A DNA stretch of 64,000 nucleotides from the human T2T-CHM13v2.0 reference genome, Homo sapiens. Position numbers and translations under genes: made by a program. Below are positions 14,551 to 30,099 of the stretch, in pieces; the stretch's first letter is position 1; the number at the start of each line of letters is the position of its first letter. The stretch lies in assembly GCF_009914755.1 (NCBI RefSeq), contig NC_060929.1; one strand, written 5' to 3'. The notes under the pieces are model-generated. The model was not told the DNA's origin. It saw only the letters and a list, made by a program, of their open reading frames with translations, and ran no database searches.

Positions 14551-15717
14551 TCCATACTTGGTCCTCTCTCTCTGTCTCTCTGTTTCTCTGTCTCTCTCTT
14601 CCTTCTGTCTGGATTCAAATAACTGCTCAAGAATTTGGAATTTAAGAAAAAATGTTTGTTTTGAATTCCTCTGCTGAACCAAAAATATTAACTTTGAAAT
14701 GCCAAGTATAAATACACATGACAGATGCAAGGTTTTGGCTAAAGAAGTTTGACTTGTAACTTTAGAATAACAGAAGCACTTATCAGCAGGAGAGCTGTCA
14801 ATGAGTTACAGAGCATCTGAGCTGTAAAATAGGCAAGCTTTAACTAAACCATGACACCAAGGACTTGTTTGTATCACATATTTGTCTCATATGGCTGGAT
14901 TTTTGTGGGATTTTTTTTGATCCCCCATCTTCCTACTTGAAGGACATCAGTTGTTATGGACACAGTGACATTAAATTCATATGGCAAGATTTGACATAAA
15001 CAAAGTAAAGTAAGTTCATTCCAGAGGCTGTGACTTAATAAGCTCGAATTTTCCAGAATTTAACCTGGTCCCTGAGTTTGGTGGGGACAGGATGGGAGGG
15101 AGGAAGAGCAGGAAGCCAGACACCTTTGGGAGCTGCCACGAGTTCTTTGGGAGCATTAGAGCTATATTTGGTGCAATTAAGTTGCTAATTCAGTAAAAAC
15201 TACACAGTTCCCTTGTGGCCTGGGAAAGTAAAATGCAGCTGCTAAAGGTGGCTGATTTACAAGCCGGGAATGGCTGAGGTACCGGGGGAAATGAGCCAGA
15301 TTCTTCCAAAAGCCTAAATCACTCTCTTAGTCAGGCGATCAAAACAGCATGCTCACCCTGGGCAGAGCACCAGAGTTGGGCAGCCTCCAAAACTGGCCTT
15401 GAAAAAATTCCCAGTTTTTCAGCAGGATTAGACCCTTGCCTCTCCTTCATTCCTCAGAAGGATGCAGAAAGTGTAAGGGATTCCTTAAAGGATCACAGTT
15501 CAGTCCCTACACTTTCCCAAACCCCAATCCCGACCCAAGGGAAAACAACGTAAAAGGCAGAGAGGTATGTATTTAGTCTGTGATCTGTTCCATTAGCAAG
15601 TTCAGGTCACTGGGGATTGCATCAGGCCAGCTGGGGTGGGCGGGGCTCATCTGAAGGGCTATGCAGACTATCTACCACACATCCTCAGTGGGCACCATTC
15701 ACAGCATAGTCTAATTT

Positions 15718-15897
15718 ACTGGTTCTCAAACATGGTGGGTGCATATTAGAATTACTTGGGCATTTAAAAAAATCCCAAGCCAGGATGCAACTCAGAACAA
15801 TTACATCAGACAACCTGGAGGAGGGACTAAGACATCAATAATGTTTAAATTTCCTCCAAATGTTTCCAACATGCAGCTGAGTTTAAGGCCCAGTGGT
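15718..15897. mobile_element. MER5-type hAT MITE
   Basis: CTGGTTCTCAAAC...ATTAGAATTACTTGG...ATGCAGCTGAGTTTAAG. Confidence 0.6.
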
Positions 15898-17470
15898 CTC
15901 ATTCATGTAGACTTTGATGTGAATGGCACTCCCTGTAGCTGTGCTGAGTATGACCTGCAAAGACATATTTCATAGTCCTAGGTGGAGGTGGAGATGCAAA
16001 GAGTTAGCAGAGGACAATAGGGAGATGGGGATGCCTTCTAGGAAAAAAAAGACATGTCAAAAGGAAATCTAGAAAGTGGCCCTCACACCAGCCTCCTGTG
16101 ACTAGGGTTGCCTGTAGACTGGGTAAAAAAAAAAATAAGACATTCTATTATTTGGGGCTCCTGAACAGTTTACATGATCCCAGATTTCTCTCCTGTTAAT
16201 CTGCTCTAGTTCCTAATCTTCATTTCTTGGATATTGTCTTAGATATGTATTTTATGTAATTAAAATAGCAACCAACAAACACTCATGCATCACTTCAGAG
16301 TTTGCAAAGCCGTGTTTCAATGCCCATTATCCTCACCGGGATGACTCATAAAGTCTCTGCCCCCTGTCTGTGGAGTCCAAGTCCCTTTCTTTCTCAGATC
16401 CAGGTGCCATTAGAACTGGAGGATTGGTTTTTCACCAGCTTCTACACAGAGGTTTCCCACCTATGGTGTCTGCTGGGAATTTTTTTTCCTTTGCTGAATT
16501 TTTAATTACTGTGAAACAACTTGGAGCATGAGTTTATGGGCAAAATCAGCATTTCCAATGTGGCCTCATCCTTGCTCAAGGTAGGGCCCCAGGTCAAATG
16601 GCCGTCTGATCTCCACCAAAGGCCCAGTGTTAGGCACAAAGGAGGCACTTAGCAGCGCTTTGTGGAACAAATGCAGAGTGGATGCTGCGTTGGCAAACCA
16701 TGCAGGCAGCCACCAGTCAGGAGAAAGGCTCTGGGTGCTGAGAGGGAGACTTACAGCCACAGAAAAGAACGGAATATTCCAAGCTTAAGTAGTTTTAAAT
16801 TTGGTTGAGGATTCTGGTCTTAGCCCATCTTCAGCCTTGTCAAAGGCAATAGTCAAAGAGGGCTCCCGAAACTGTCCTGGTGAGCCAGAATGCAGGCTGA
16901 GTTCACAGTCTGGGTCCTCGGGTGGCCTAACACTCATGTGCAGTCACCAGGTCTCTGGTCCACAGGCAGTAGGAGCAGAGCAGCCAATTTCCTGTAGCCA
17001 AAAGACTTGGCCCCTGACTGGCTGAGTGGCTGTGAACACGTCCCTGAAAATTGTCATGCCTCTGTCTCTTTGATCCGACAAGTGGGGTTAATAGTCCCAG
17101 CCTCTTAATGTTGCTGTGAGACTCAGCTGCTGTTTAGCACGGCGCTCCATAAATGGTGGCAGTGGTATTATTGCAGGCTCCGGTCTATCTCCGATTTTAC
17201 TGCCTTCACCAGTGAAAACCAGCAGGGCGAGCCTGGTCTCCTTCCTGTTCCCCACGGCCTGATCTGACTGGCTCTCTATCACCGGGCCATGATGTGTGCT
17301 TGTTTCATGGATCAGGAGATAACTAATACTTTTAGCAGGATATATTTGAACTGTAAGGTTCCAGTTCAGTCCTTTTCTTTAAGGACCTAGAATAGTGATT
17401 AAGAAAATAAGTTCCGGAGTCAAAATGGGCTCAAAGTTTTGCTCTACCACTGTGCTATATATAGCCTTGA

Positions 17471-17834
17471 TGATAGGGTTTGGCTGCATCCCCACCCAAA
17501 TCTTACCTTGAATTATAATCCCCATAATCCCCACGTGCTGTGGGAGGAACCTGGTGGGAGGTAATTGAATCATGGAGCCAGTTTCTCCCATGCTGTTCTA
17601 GAGCTAATGAGTGAGTTCTCATGAGATCTGATGGTTTTATAAGCGTCTGGCATTTCCCCTGCTGGCACTCATTCTCTCTCCTACTGCACTGTGAAAAGGC
17701 ACCTTCTGCCATGATTGTAAGTTTCCTGAGGCCTCCCCAGCCATGTGGAACTGTGAGTCAATTAAACGTCTTTTCTTTATAAATTACCCAGTCTCAAGTA
17801 TTTCTTCATAGCAGTAGGAGAATGGACTAATACA
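17471..17834 (+). mobile_element. THE1 (THE1C-like) solo LTR, inserted into a MIR (~17410-17970)
   Basis: TGATAGGGTTTGGCTG...GGACTAATACA with near-TSD CTTGA/CTTGG. Internal GCGTCTGGCATTTCCCCTGCTGGCACTCATT. Confidence 0.9.
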
Positions 17835-18176
17835 CTTGGGCAAGGTTCTTGCCCTCGGTAAAGTGTCAATGTCCACATCTGTGAAATGAAATTGATGCTA
17901 CTGTTTATGGCATAGGTTTATTGGGAGAATCAAAGGATATAATGCCTGGGACATAATTAGCACGTGATATGGGCAGTCCTGTTTATATCTCCCCTCCCTG
18001 TGATCTAGGACTAAAGACTCTCTTAGTAAATTCTCCCATGGTTTCCCATGGCAGTTCTGGCCAACTTCAGCTCTGTTCAACTCCAAGGATGCCGGGAAAG
18101 CCCTATTTTCCAGGAGTTTTCCTTCCAAAGTGTCCTCACTTGATGGAAATTTCTTAACTCCAAAAAGAGCTCTTGG

Positions 18177-18486
18177 GGCCAGGCACAGTAGCTCACACCT
18201 GTAATCTCAGCACTTTGGGAGGCTCAAGCAGGTGGATCACTTGAGGCCAGGAGTGTGAGACCAGCCTGGCCAACATGGCGAAACCCCATCTCTACTAAAA
18301 ATACAAAAATTAGTCAGGCATGGTGGTGAGCGCCTGTAACCCCAGCTACTCAGGAGGCTGAGGCCGAGAATTGCTTGAACCTGGGAGGTGGAGGTTGCAG
18401 AGAGCCAAGATCACACCACTGTACTCTAGCCTGAGCAACACAGCGAGACTCTGTCTCAAAAACCAAAAACTAACCAAACAAAAAAA
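18177..18486 (+). mobile_element. Alu (AluSx/Sz-like)
   Basis: Full dimer with A-rich tail. Confidence 0.95.
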
Positions 18487-19744
18487 CCTTACCAGTTTTC
18501 ACACAGGTACACACAGGTAGTAAGTAATAGAGCTGGATTTAAATACAGGCAATCTCCTTATAAAATCAGCATGATGTGGGGGTGGACAGAGGGAGGTGGC
18601 ATTAAGCAGTTTAAAATTTGACTTGATAAGGCTGGGGATACCATGCTTAGCCTGTGGTGAAAGTATAGAAAGGATGAAACTAGTTCTGGAGGGTTCTTGC
18701 TTTCTAGGGCAATAGCCATCCTTGAAATTATTCTAACATTTGATCACTTGTCTTAGTGTGCCACTTCAAGTCACCTCTCACTTTTTCTCCCATTGTTCCT
18801 GCAGGTAGATCATGTCCTGTTTCAGTAGGGATGATATACCTGTGCCAATTCACCTGTGCTATTTAGAACAGACACTTTCTGCCAAGTGTACCACCCCACA
18901 CCTTGCCAGACTGCTCCACCCAAAAAGCAGGGCCTGGGGTGGGTGACCCACATAAGGTGGCGACTCCTAAACCTAATAATAACTCCTACCCTGTGGGGTC
19001 AACTATTTTGTGTTTATTCATGGCCCCAAGCCCCACCCCATAAATTTGACATCACTTTTTCCATAGCAAATAGTAATCTTCAAATGGAATAAGGCAGGAG
19101 CTGCGAGTCCCACAAGAGGCAGCCAGATGAGACCAACATGTTCCTTAAACAATGGACACAGTGGTGTGGTGCACTGCAAGCCTGTGTCTTATGTTCCAGG
19201 TGACTTCCATGTCTCAACCCGTGGTTCCTCCACTAACAAGGAATGAGAAAAACTTGCCACTATGGAAACGTGGCAATATGCCACAATATCACATGTCCTA
19301 AGAGAGTAGGTATTTATATAGATAGACGTAACTCTCATTGTAAAGTTAAGATGTATTAATGCAACCCTGCATCTGGAGCACGTGCTCATCCTCAACATTT
19401 CAAAGTAAGTATTTGGACTTCAGTTCTCTTTGGAATTTACAATAGACTCTGGAGTGTTGCTCTCGTTTGTTGTAGGCAGTTCTCACTGAGTGCCCAGGAT
19501 CAGTTTCCTGGGCCACCTACATGTGCATTGAGATGCTGAATACAAGCTCCTTAAGGTCAGGGCCCTGTATTGTAACAAGTGCATAGGGTCTTACACATAG
19601 TAGGTGGCTATGTGTATAGATGAACAGGATGACATAGTGCTACTTAAGAGAGAATGGAATCCACAGGATAGGTTCTATCTAAACACATTTAAGGGCATTC
19701 TGTTCCTGGAAGTCCTAAAAGGATATTAACGCATCCTTGACTTC

Positions 19745-20229
<485 letters not shown>

Positions 20230-20329
20230 TCATGTGGATGGCTGAGAGCAGTGTTCAAATAACGTTCTGGGGGTGTGTGAGAGGGAAGGAGAGAAAGAGA
20301 GAGAGAGAGCAAGAGAGAGAGAGAGGTGT

Positions 20330-20510
20330 CACTATTAATAGCTAACATGTGTTGCGTGCTTCCCATGCGGCAGGTGTCTCGCATACACTATCCCGTTGAA
20401 TCCTCACAGGGAGCCTGAGAGGCAGGTATTACCACTGTTCCATGTGACTAGCTAGCAAGCTGTGGAGACAGAATCAAACCTTCAGATTACGTCCTCTTAG
20501 CCATTATGTC
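20330..20510 (-). mobile_element. MIR fragment
   Basis: AATAGCTAACAT...GAATCCTCACA...CCTGAGAGGCAGGTATTA. Confidence 0.55.
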
Positions 20511-21989
20511 ATATATACTAGAAGCTGTAGAAATTAATGAAGTTCCCTATTTCTGTAATACCTTGAGAGAATTCTAACTTACAGTCAGATATTGCTTCAT
20601 ACCTGAACCATCTTACACACTGATGAGATTCAGAGCAACCTTTATTCCTTATCCTCTAAAAAAAAGTCATAGGAGTAATATATGCTTACTGTAGAACAAT
20701 TAGAAAACGCAAATGAGCACAAAGAAGGAAAAAAAAACCACCCTATAATGACAAAATAGCTAAAATTTTGTTATACGTTCCTCCTTCCATCATTCTATAT
20801 ATATAATATGAGTGTCTGTATGTGTGTGTATATATTCACTTATACTTTTAACAAAAAAGGAATCATAGTAGCCATACTATTTTGTGACTCCTCTATTTCA
20901 AACTGCCTTTAGAATTTTAGGTTTCTCTGGTCTAAAACTTCTCCTCTTCTCTGAACCTGTTTTAATTCCCACCTATCCTTGAAGGCTTAGCCCCAGGTAC
21001 ACCTCCTCCCAGGAGCCTCTCCTGATCACCCAGCCCACGGGTGCCTGGTGTTGGTGGCCACCTCTGCCTGAGTGTTGGTATAACCCACATTCCCCAGCCG
21101 CAACACTCAGAACAGGGTCTGAACAATGTTCACAGGACATTGGTCTCAGCCTCCAGCTCCTGCTCAAGGAACTGCAGCAGCCACAGACAGTTCCTTCCTT
21201 TAGGTTCAAGGGCTCTTTGGGGTGGCTCATGCATGTGTGCCCTATCTGTCCTCTGCTCTGATCCAATGTCTCTGCCCTCCCCATGTGGGCTGCTCCCTGC
21301 ACTTACCTAAGACCACTGTGTCAACCCACCTTGTACCGGCTACAGCCAAATGCTCTGCTGCCAACCAGGGTGAACTAGAATGAGCAAATGAAACTGGCAA
21401 TATTCTACTGTTTGTGACCTATCGCATTGGCAATTTCATGATGTTCACACTCTACCTCCTCTCATGCACTGGGATGTGACCACTCCTCGGTTTAGCTCTG
21501 ACAGTTGTTCCAGTCAATTGGAGGAAAGACTCTGTCCTCATCTGCCTTAAAACTCCACCATTAGGGCACAAAGCAGAGCAAGCTCTCCTCTTGGTTTCCT
21601 TCAAGCTTCTGAAAGAGTAGGTCTTTCGTGGACTTTCTTTCCATTGTTAGCACCTTCTCCTTTAGAAGCACAGCTAGTGGCCCTGGATGGGCTGGACAAT
21701 CTGAGTCACCTGTTCTGGGCAGACTCAGAATGGTGCCTCTTCATTGACTGCTCACCTGTGTCCCTGGACTGGATTGGTTACCAAAGGGCCCCAACCTTAT
21801 CTGGCCACTCCTTGGGAGGTTAGGAGTGCCCATGCTTCCCTGCCTTTAGGGGATGGTTTTAGGCCTCATTACCATCTTCCATGAGGCTGCTACCCCCAAG
21901 CTCCCTTCATGTCTAAACATCCCACATTTCTCAGTGAGTGTCAGGATGTACCCTTGCTTGGGGCCCTTGCTGTAATGAGCTTTCTAGGT

Positions 21990-22215
21990 AGCACGAGTGG
22001 GATTATACTGCTGGACTCAGCCTGGTTTTGAATTCTGCCTCCAACGCTTGCTAGCCAGAGTGAATTTCTTTGGCTTTTCAGTGTTGTATTTTTCTCATCT
22101 GTTAAAAGGGGATAATAGGAATGCCCACTTCCAAGGGTCATTTTGAGGATTAAACAGAATCATCCATGAGAGATGCTTAGAACAGTGACTGGTACACAGA
22201 AAACACTTAACAATA
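21990..22215 (+). mobile_element. MIR
   Basis: CCTGGTTTTGAATTCTGCCTC...CTCATCTGTTAAAAGGGGATAATAG...TGAGGATTAAA...GCTTAGAACAGTGACTGGTACA. Confidence 0.75.
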
Positions 22216-24367
22216 TCTTCCTGCTGCTGTTAACTGTTGCTGTGGTAAGTTCCTTGAAGGCACCCACAGCAGCTCCCTTCTCTCAGCCCTTTGCTCTGTG
22301 CCTGAACACATACTTACTGCGTGAGGGGTGAGCGATGAACAATACCTCTAAGAAAATAGAGGCAGTGATCCCTGTGTTAGTTATAGAGAAAGAAGACTGC
22401 AGTTGAGGGAGGGGAAGTGAGCGTGTGGGGAAATAGAGTCCGTGTTGGGGAGAGGCTGCGCCCCAGTCTCTTAGCCCCTGGTCACATCTGTAAACGCCAA
22501 ACCCCGCACTCCCCGGGTGCACTTGCAGGCAGCAGGCCCACACACTCAGGCACCTGTAGGGCACTTCTGGAAGCCTCAGGCTGGAGCAGCGTGAGTTTCA
22601 GAACATTGAGAAAAAGTGGCTTCACTCCATAAAGGGATCTTTTCAAGCCCCAAGAACCTGGGAACAAACTGCAGAGAAATTACAAAGGTCAGGATCTGAC
22701 AGCCTCAAAAGCAAATTATTCAGTCCCAAATACATACAAAGACTCCAGAGTGATTTATAACTTCTGAAGATCTATGCAAATGAAAGGCCAAGGAACATGA
22801 GGGGGCTGCATCTGCAGAGAGAAACACTCCAAGCTGTCAGCACTAGGTGAGGGCTGGTTGCTTCGAGGTAGCCGGGGACACTGTGATGCATATATTAGTG
22901 CTCAGGGCTATCTTGCACTTTGGAGCCCTCTCCATTGGAATTCACCCAGAAATATCCCCCTGAGCAGCTTTGTTTCATTTCAGCTACCCCTTCTATGTGC
23001 CACCGTGGTTTTCATATTTAGCTTTATATTAATACATATTAAGTTTATATTTGGTTCTATTTTCATGAAAACGATGTTTGTAACCAACCCCTTCATCAAA
23101 GGAGTATTACAGAGATAGGACAGCACGAGCAAACATGAGGTGGTCATGATGCATGTAGCAGTGTAGTGGGCTTGGCTGTGGTTAACCTTCTCATCAATTG
23201 CTCAAGCTTGCTTAGTGAGGATTTCCCCTAAAGGTATAAGGCTCTTGAAACTTCTGCCACATGGGGATGGCGGAGGCATAAATTTTAGCAGGACTATCCA
23301 CACAATTTGCACATAAGTGCAAAACGAACATGTAGGGTTCCTTGTTCAAAAGTTATTAAGAGTTTCAAGGTGGTGACAGCAGACCAGTAAACCACTGTGG
23401 GCTCTTTTAAGTGTGGGGCTCTGTATGATGGCACAGGTCTCGTGACCATGTAGTCAACCACATCCTTGAAGGCACAATATAAAATTTAAGAAATGTGACA
23501 TTCCTTTAGTTCCCCGAAACAAAATTTAGCCTCCAAAAAATCAGAGTACTGCTTTTCCCAATCCGGGGAGCCTGTGAGAATTCTGGGCTTGTGTGAGGCT
23601 AGAACATGGGAGGGAAAGGGGCACAGCCTTTGGCCTTGGGGTTGCTGCCTTTACCATTGTGCCTTTGGCGGACCCCAGGCCTCCCTGCCTGTCTGTCAGG
23701 CACTGCTAGGAGGCTCAGAGAGGCCCTCACAGCTCTCCTCCCCTCACTGACTCCAGGCTTGGCATCTACTAGCTGCCAAATCTCAACTTCCTCATATTCC
23801 CTGGCCCTCTGTTCCCCTCTCTAAGTCTGGGAGAAGTCAGAACCCTCTCTCAGGATCGGGCTACTCCCTCATCTCAAGGCATGTTCCCTCCCCCTCCCTT
23901 CCATGATATTTCCACATTAAACCCTCACAGACTTTAGGAAGTCACAGCCTTCAGGAGGACACTGCTGCCCTCTTTCCTGAGGTGGGGGAAAGCAGATGCC
24001 CACCTCAGTAGGGCAGATTTTTTTCTATTCTTGCCCCTTTTGGCATCATCAAGGTTGTGGTGGGACCTGGGCCTCATGGCTCCTGAGTCTTCCAATCCCT
24101 TTCACCCTTTGCATCCCACAAAGGACTGGGTGGGGAGCCCAGAAGGAGATGGGCAGTGGGAAGGAGGTAAAGAATGCAGAGTAAGACAGAGACCTTGCCG
24201 AATTGACTCTCTGGCTCTCATTGCTGTGACCTGAATTTCCTTGTCTGTGCAATGATCAGTAGCAGTTGCCTCCCATGGTGACTGGGATGAGGAAATCAGA
24301 TTGAGAATGTAGGGGGTTGGCAAACTGCCTATACCAAAAAAGGAAACCTAGGGGACAAAGAGAGGTG

Positions 24368-24760
24368 AGTATATCAGGGTAGGCCAAGTTTTGCTGCAGT
24401 AACAAATAACTCTTCAATCTCACTTTGTTTTCATTCATGCAGTCCACTGCGATCCAGGTGACTGTCCAGGCAGCTGTCCTCCAGGTAGTGACTTAGCCTG
24501 TGTTCATCCTGTGACTCCACCATCTCCATGCAAGTCCTCCATGTTAGCTGCAGCAGGGGAGGAGGAACCTGGAAAACCACACAGGGGTTTTCACTGCCTC
24601 AGTCCAGAAGCAATGTGTGACATTTCCATCCACATTACTGAACAGAACTAGCCACATGACTCTGCCTAGCTACAAGGGATCTGAGAAGTCGATGCTAGTG
24701 CACACCCAGGAAGCAGGAAAGATGAGGATATTGCTAAACACTAGTCATGCCTCCTGCAGG
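24368..24760 (-). mobile_element. Old MaLR LTR (MLT1-like)
   Basis: TGCTGCAGTAACAAATAAC...AGAACTAGCCACATGACTCTGCCTAGCTACAAGGG motifs. Confidence 0.55.
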
Positions 24761-24894
24761 GAGGAACCTAAATGAATTGCTCTTGTCAGCCTAGGCTGTC
24801 AGGGTTTAAGACACTCTCCCCATGTTCAACTCTGAGAAGTTCTACCTTGACTTCCTTGTTCTGAGCTGGTTTTTCTCACTTCTAAGATGAGGAA

Positions 24895-25400
24895 CTGTTC
24901 CTACATTTGATACAGAGTGGATTTTCCTTGAAATGGCCATATATGCAAAGCAACCCCCAAATGCTGAAGGAGCCAAGAAACTCAAGAATGAGGCAGACAA
25001 CCATAAGACTGAGATAGATCTCCGCACTGCAACTGCCCACAGACCCAGGGCTTTTATCTTGGTGAAAGTATGTGCACTCTGGAAGAATACATAGGTGGCT
25101 ACAGGCATCACATCCTATGATTTCTGCAACAGCATCAAGGATTGTTTTGGAGGAAACTTGAGAGTGAATAGATGTTCCTACATAAAGAGTAATACAACTT
25201 GACATTTTGGAGGCATTCCCGGAGTCGGGGTTAGTCAGGCGGATTAGCATTTAAAATAAAGTAACTCTTGTCCCCACAGTGGACATCCAAGGAAATGTAA
25301 TGAAAAAATATCATTTGAGTCCTTTCTGAGAAACACAGGGGAGACACACCAGGGAAGTTACATGGGCCTTGAGGCGATTGTCACTTATACACCAGGTGAT
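24895..25400. mobile_element. Possible ERV LTR fragment
   Basis: GCAACCCCCAAATGCTGAAGGAGCCAAGAAAC..GAGGCAGACAA resembles a reverse-strand ERV1-class LTR. Family and boundaries are uncertain. Confidence 0.35.
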
Positions 25401-25559
25401 GGCTTTATTTGCTTTGAAACTCCCACAAACCAGAAAGAAAAATCTGTTGACATTTGGGCCTATGTTGAGATCTAATCAGTTATAATTCCCAGAGCTCAGA
25501 GCCCCTGTGCTCCACCAAACGAAGGGCATTTCTTGAGTTCTGGAATGATAGACACAATG

Positions 25560-25800
25560 CTGGAGTGCTTAAGAGCGAGAACCCGGGAATCAGATGGGCT
25601 GGATCTCAAACTTGGTTCTGCTGTCTACTGGCTCAGTGACTTTAGGCATTATACTCTTGCCTCACTTCCCTCATCTCTACATAGTATAATAGTCTATCTT
25701 CTTCAAAGTGTTGCTTTGGCATTAAATCTGTTAATGTATATAGTTTAGAACAGGACCTGACAAGCCAGAAACACTCAGTGTTGCTACCACAGTGATTATA
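25560..25800 (+). mobile_element. MIR
   Basis: GGAATCAGATGGGCTGG..CTTGGTTCTGCTG..GTGACTTTAGGCA..CCTCATCT..TTAGAACAGGACCTGACA. Confidence 0.6.
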
Positions 25801-26235
25801 GCAGACTCCAGCACATATCCCATTTCTGAGCAAAACTTACAAGAGAAGAGAATTGAAGATGACAGCATCATTTTTTTTTTTTTTTGAGTTGTTCTGGACG
25901 AGACAGGATGGAGTTTGGTTCTTTTTACCAGTCAATACAAAAGCATATAATTAAAACACCATACTTGTGAGGACTAAGGAAGTTCCGTGCAAAACGGAGA
26001 ATGAAATCCAGCAGTGAAGTTTTGTCAATTAAAATAACAGCGTTTTTAAATGAGAATAGAGCTAAATGTACCTTTATATTGCTATTGTTCTTCAAAAGTG
26101 GTCATATGTAGCTTTGTCTCAACATGGGAAATCAGACATGCAGCATGTTTTCAATTGTTTTTTTAAAATGGGTTATAGGATCTCACAATAATTTCCGAGT
26201 CTGTTTAGTAAGCTCATTTTTATGCAAAGAAATTA

Positions 26236-26547
<312 letters not shown>

Positions 26548-26999
26548 TTATATTTGGAAACAGAAAACCATCTTATTTACCTAAGAAATCATTTCACGAT
26601 ACCAGATCGTGGTGATGTGCATTTCTGAAACTCATAGCAAACTGGACCACTATGGGAAATAGATATCTGATTCCACTCTTCCTTCTAATTCCACATAAAC
26701 CTCTTTCTATGTTAATTCCTGCTATTCCTGAAAAGTAAAGGTCCATTCCAGCCAGCACATTTCATATTTCTGCCCACACCTAACATTCACATTACAGATT
26801 CACTCTTGGCCTTGTCTTCTTATGATTGACTTTCACCTGCATATATCTGCAACTTGCCCTCGAGTTGCTGAAATCCCTTCCCAATTTCAAGAATCTAAGT
26901 CTCACATTATGATGCCATGTCCTGGGACAAGAGCAAAAAGATCAGGACCTCCCTAGCTGAAAAAAGCAGGTGCTTCTCAGAAACTGCACCCTCTTCAGA

Positions 27000-27600
27000 G
27001 AGAATACGGTGGCAGGCGCGCAGGGGACCCTGCCCGCAGCACCCATCTTTTAGGGAGCTACTAGGGCGTTCGGCAGGAAGCACAGTTGAGACGACCCACG
27101 CAGCGAGGCAGGACTCACGCCGAGTTTGTTACCTTTGCCCATCAGACCTGGTGGATTCTTTTGGTTCTGCAGGTGGAGCCACCAATGCCCAGACACCCTG
27201 CTGCAAAGTCAGGGTCCCTCTCGGCCTCGTCTTTCCCTCTCCCGTACCCCTAGGGCTGGATAGTCCTCGTCTGCAGAAGTTCGCCCTTTGCTGGCCCCTG
27301 TCCAGGCTCTCCTCTCGCTGGCCCACGTGATCCTTTCCTGCCAGTCTCCCCTGGCTCCAGCTTCCTCCACGCCCAGGGCTCTGCCCTCCGCCGGGCCGAC
27401 TTCCCGCGAAACTGCAGCGGCTCCCCCTACAGGACAAAGGAGGAAACGCTAGCGGGGCCCCAGAGCCCTCTCCAATGGGACCCAAAGGGACACATCCCGG
27501 CACAGACCCTCCCCACTCTAAGGCAGAGCCTTTCGCAGGGCCTATCACAGGGCGGAGGGAGGGAGGGAGGGCGGCAGGAGGACTGCTGGCCTGAAACTCT
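27000..27600. promoter_or_regulatory. GC/CpG-enriched unique segment, candidate enhancer or weak promoter
   Basis: Local excess of CpG over the flanks, CACGTG E-box at ~27324, GGGCGG boxes at ~27550-27575. Confidence 0.45.
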
Positions 27601-27852
27601 GCTTTCACAAAGAGGTTACACTTCGAAGTTAGACCTCATCTGCAAATGAGGTTATGGACACGGTCCCATAGAAGCTGACAGAGGTTGCAACTTTATCTCT
27701 GGCCCTGTTACTGGACTACATTGCTTGTGGGGAACTGAGTTAATATTTTTTGTAAATTCTGTAATATTTTTTCTGAACAGAACAATTATATAGCATGTTT
27801 TGTGTTTCAATAATTTAATTGTTCAACGTAAACATATTTTTTAAAGACTACA

Positions 27853-28678
<826 letters not shown>

Positions 28679-29357
28679 TCAGGCCTCACCTCCCAACCTC
28701 CAACCTCTCAGCCCTCCTACCAAGGCCACAGTGCATGACTCCTTGCCACCCTGAGCTGCAGGGCTTGTTGGCCCCTGTTGTTTAGGACTTAGCATAAACT
28801 ACCTTGAATTTCATATTATCTCTCTTTCTGTTCAGTTGAGTCTTTCCAGCTCATTGCATGTCATCTTCACTTCTGTGCCCACAGCATCTCTCAATGTGCT
28901 CTGCACACGCAGGTGCTCCAGAAGCCCTTCCTCAGGCTGCTACGGATCAAGCTTACTGTGCCTGTTGGTGGCCTGCCCTGAGAGAATGTCCTTCATGATG
29001 ACTATTCTTAATCAAGCATTCTTGGATGGGCTTTAGGGGGCTCCATGAACCCTCCAACACTGCAAAATCTTCCATGCATGTACAGTTTTATGGTGAGAGG
29101 GTTTATAGCTTTCACTAGAGTCTCAAAAGGTTCCATGGCCTCAAAAACATGGTGAACTCCTGCTTTGAGGTACTTCAGTACACAGCAGAGAAATGAATGA
29201 AAGAGCTCAGTTGCCTCATCTGGAAAATGGGAATCATGGTGGGTGCCTGTATGTGAGGAGGGCTCAGTAAATACCAATTAGTAGTATCCCTGACCTGGTC
29301 CCAGAAATGCCTCACAGAAAGGACCGCTTCCCCTCGCCCCCACTACCATGCCTTAGA

Positions 29358-29530
29358 TCAAGGGTTCCCAAACTTGGGTAAGCATTAGAATCATGTGGGG
29401 AGCTTAAAAATACAGATTCCTGGGCTCCACTCCAAGAGCACAGGAATGATGATTGCTGGGAGAGGACCTAGAGCTCTGTACCTTTATCGAGTCTTCCCCT
29501 TGGTGGTTCTGATGATGAGCAAGGTCAGGG
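29358..29530. mobile_element. MER5-type MITE
   Basis: GGTTCCCAAACTTGG..GCATTAGAATCA..TTAAAAATACAGATTCCTGGGC..GTGGTTCTGATG. Confidence 0.65.
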
Positions 29531-30099
29531 CTGGGGCCAGGGGTCTTCCACAATGCCTGGCCTCCAAGAGGCATTCTCACGCCCTGCCTTTACTCGTTCT
29601 GGGAGGTACATGTGTTAAAGGAAACTGCCCAAGCCTTTGAGGGAATAGTGGGCTGCAAAAATCTTTCAGAACAAAGAATTAAGTATCTTTATAATTATAT
29701 CCAGGCCTATATTTAGGCCATGGCTCATATGGCCTCTTGAACTTTAAATAAATACCTATTCTGTTCCTTGTTTAAACAGGTGCAACAATATCGTTGGAGA
29801 CTAGATTTATCCAGGCAGGAAGGCGGCTCCCACAGCTGTCAGAAGCACACGGCCCTTTCATTCCTCACAAGAGGGGGAGCTAATTATACTGTGGTAGAGC
29901 AAAAGAAATTTACAACTTCTACCCCTGAGCTCAATGAACCACTCAGGGTAAACTCTTCTCTGAGCTGCTCTCTGGCAGGATTCAGGGCCCATTCAGGAGG
30001 CATATGCCCTCAAAAGGCACATGCCCTCAAAAGGCTTAGAGGCCACTGCAGTGGGGCGATTCTGGTCTGGCAAGATCTGCTCTCTGCAGAGTGTCTGTG

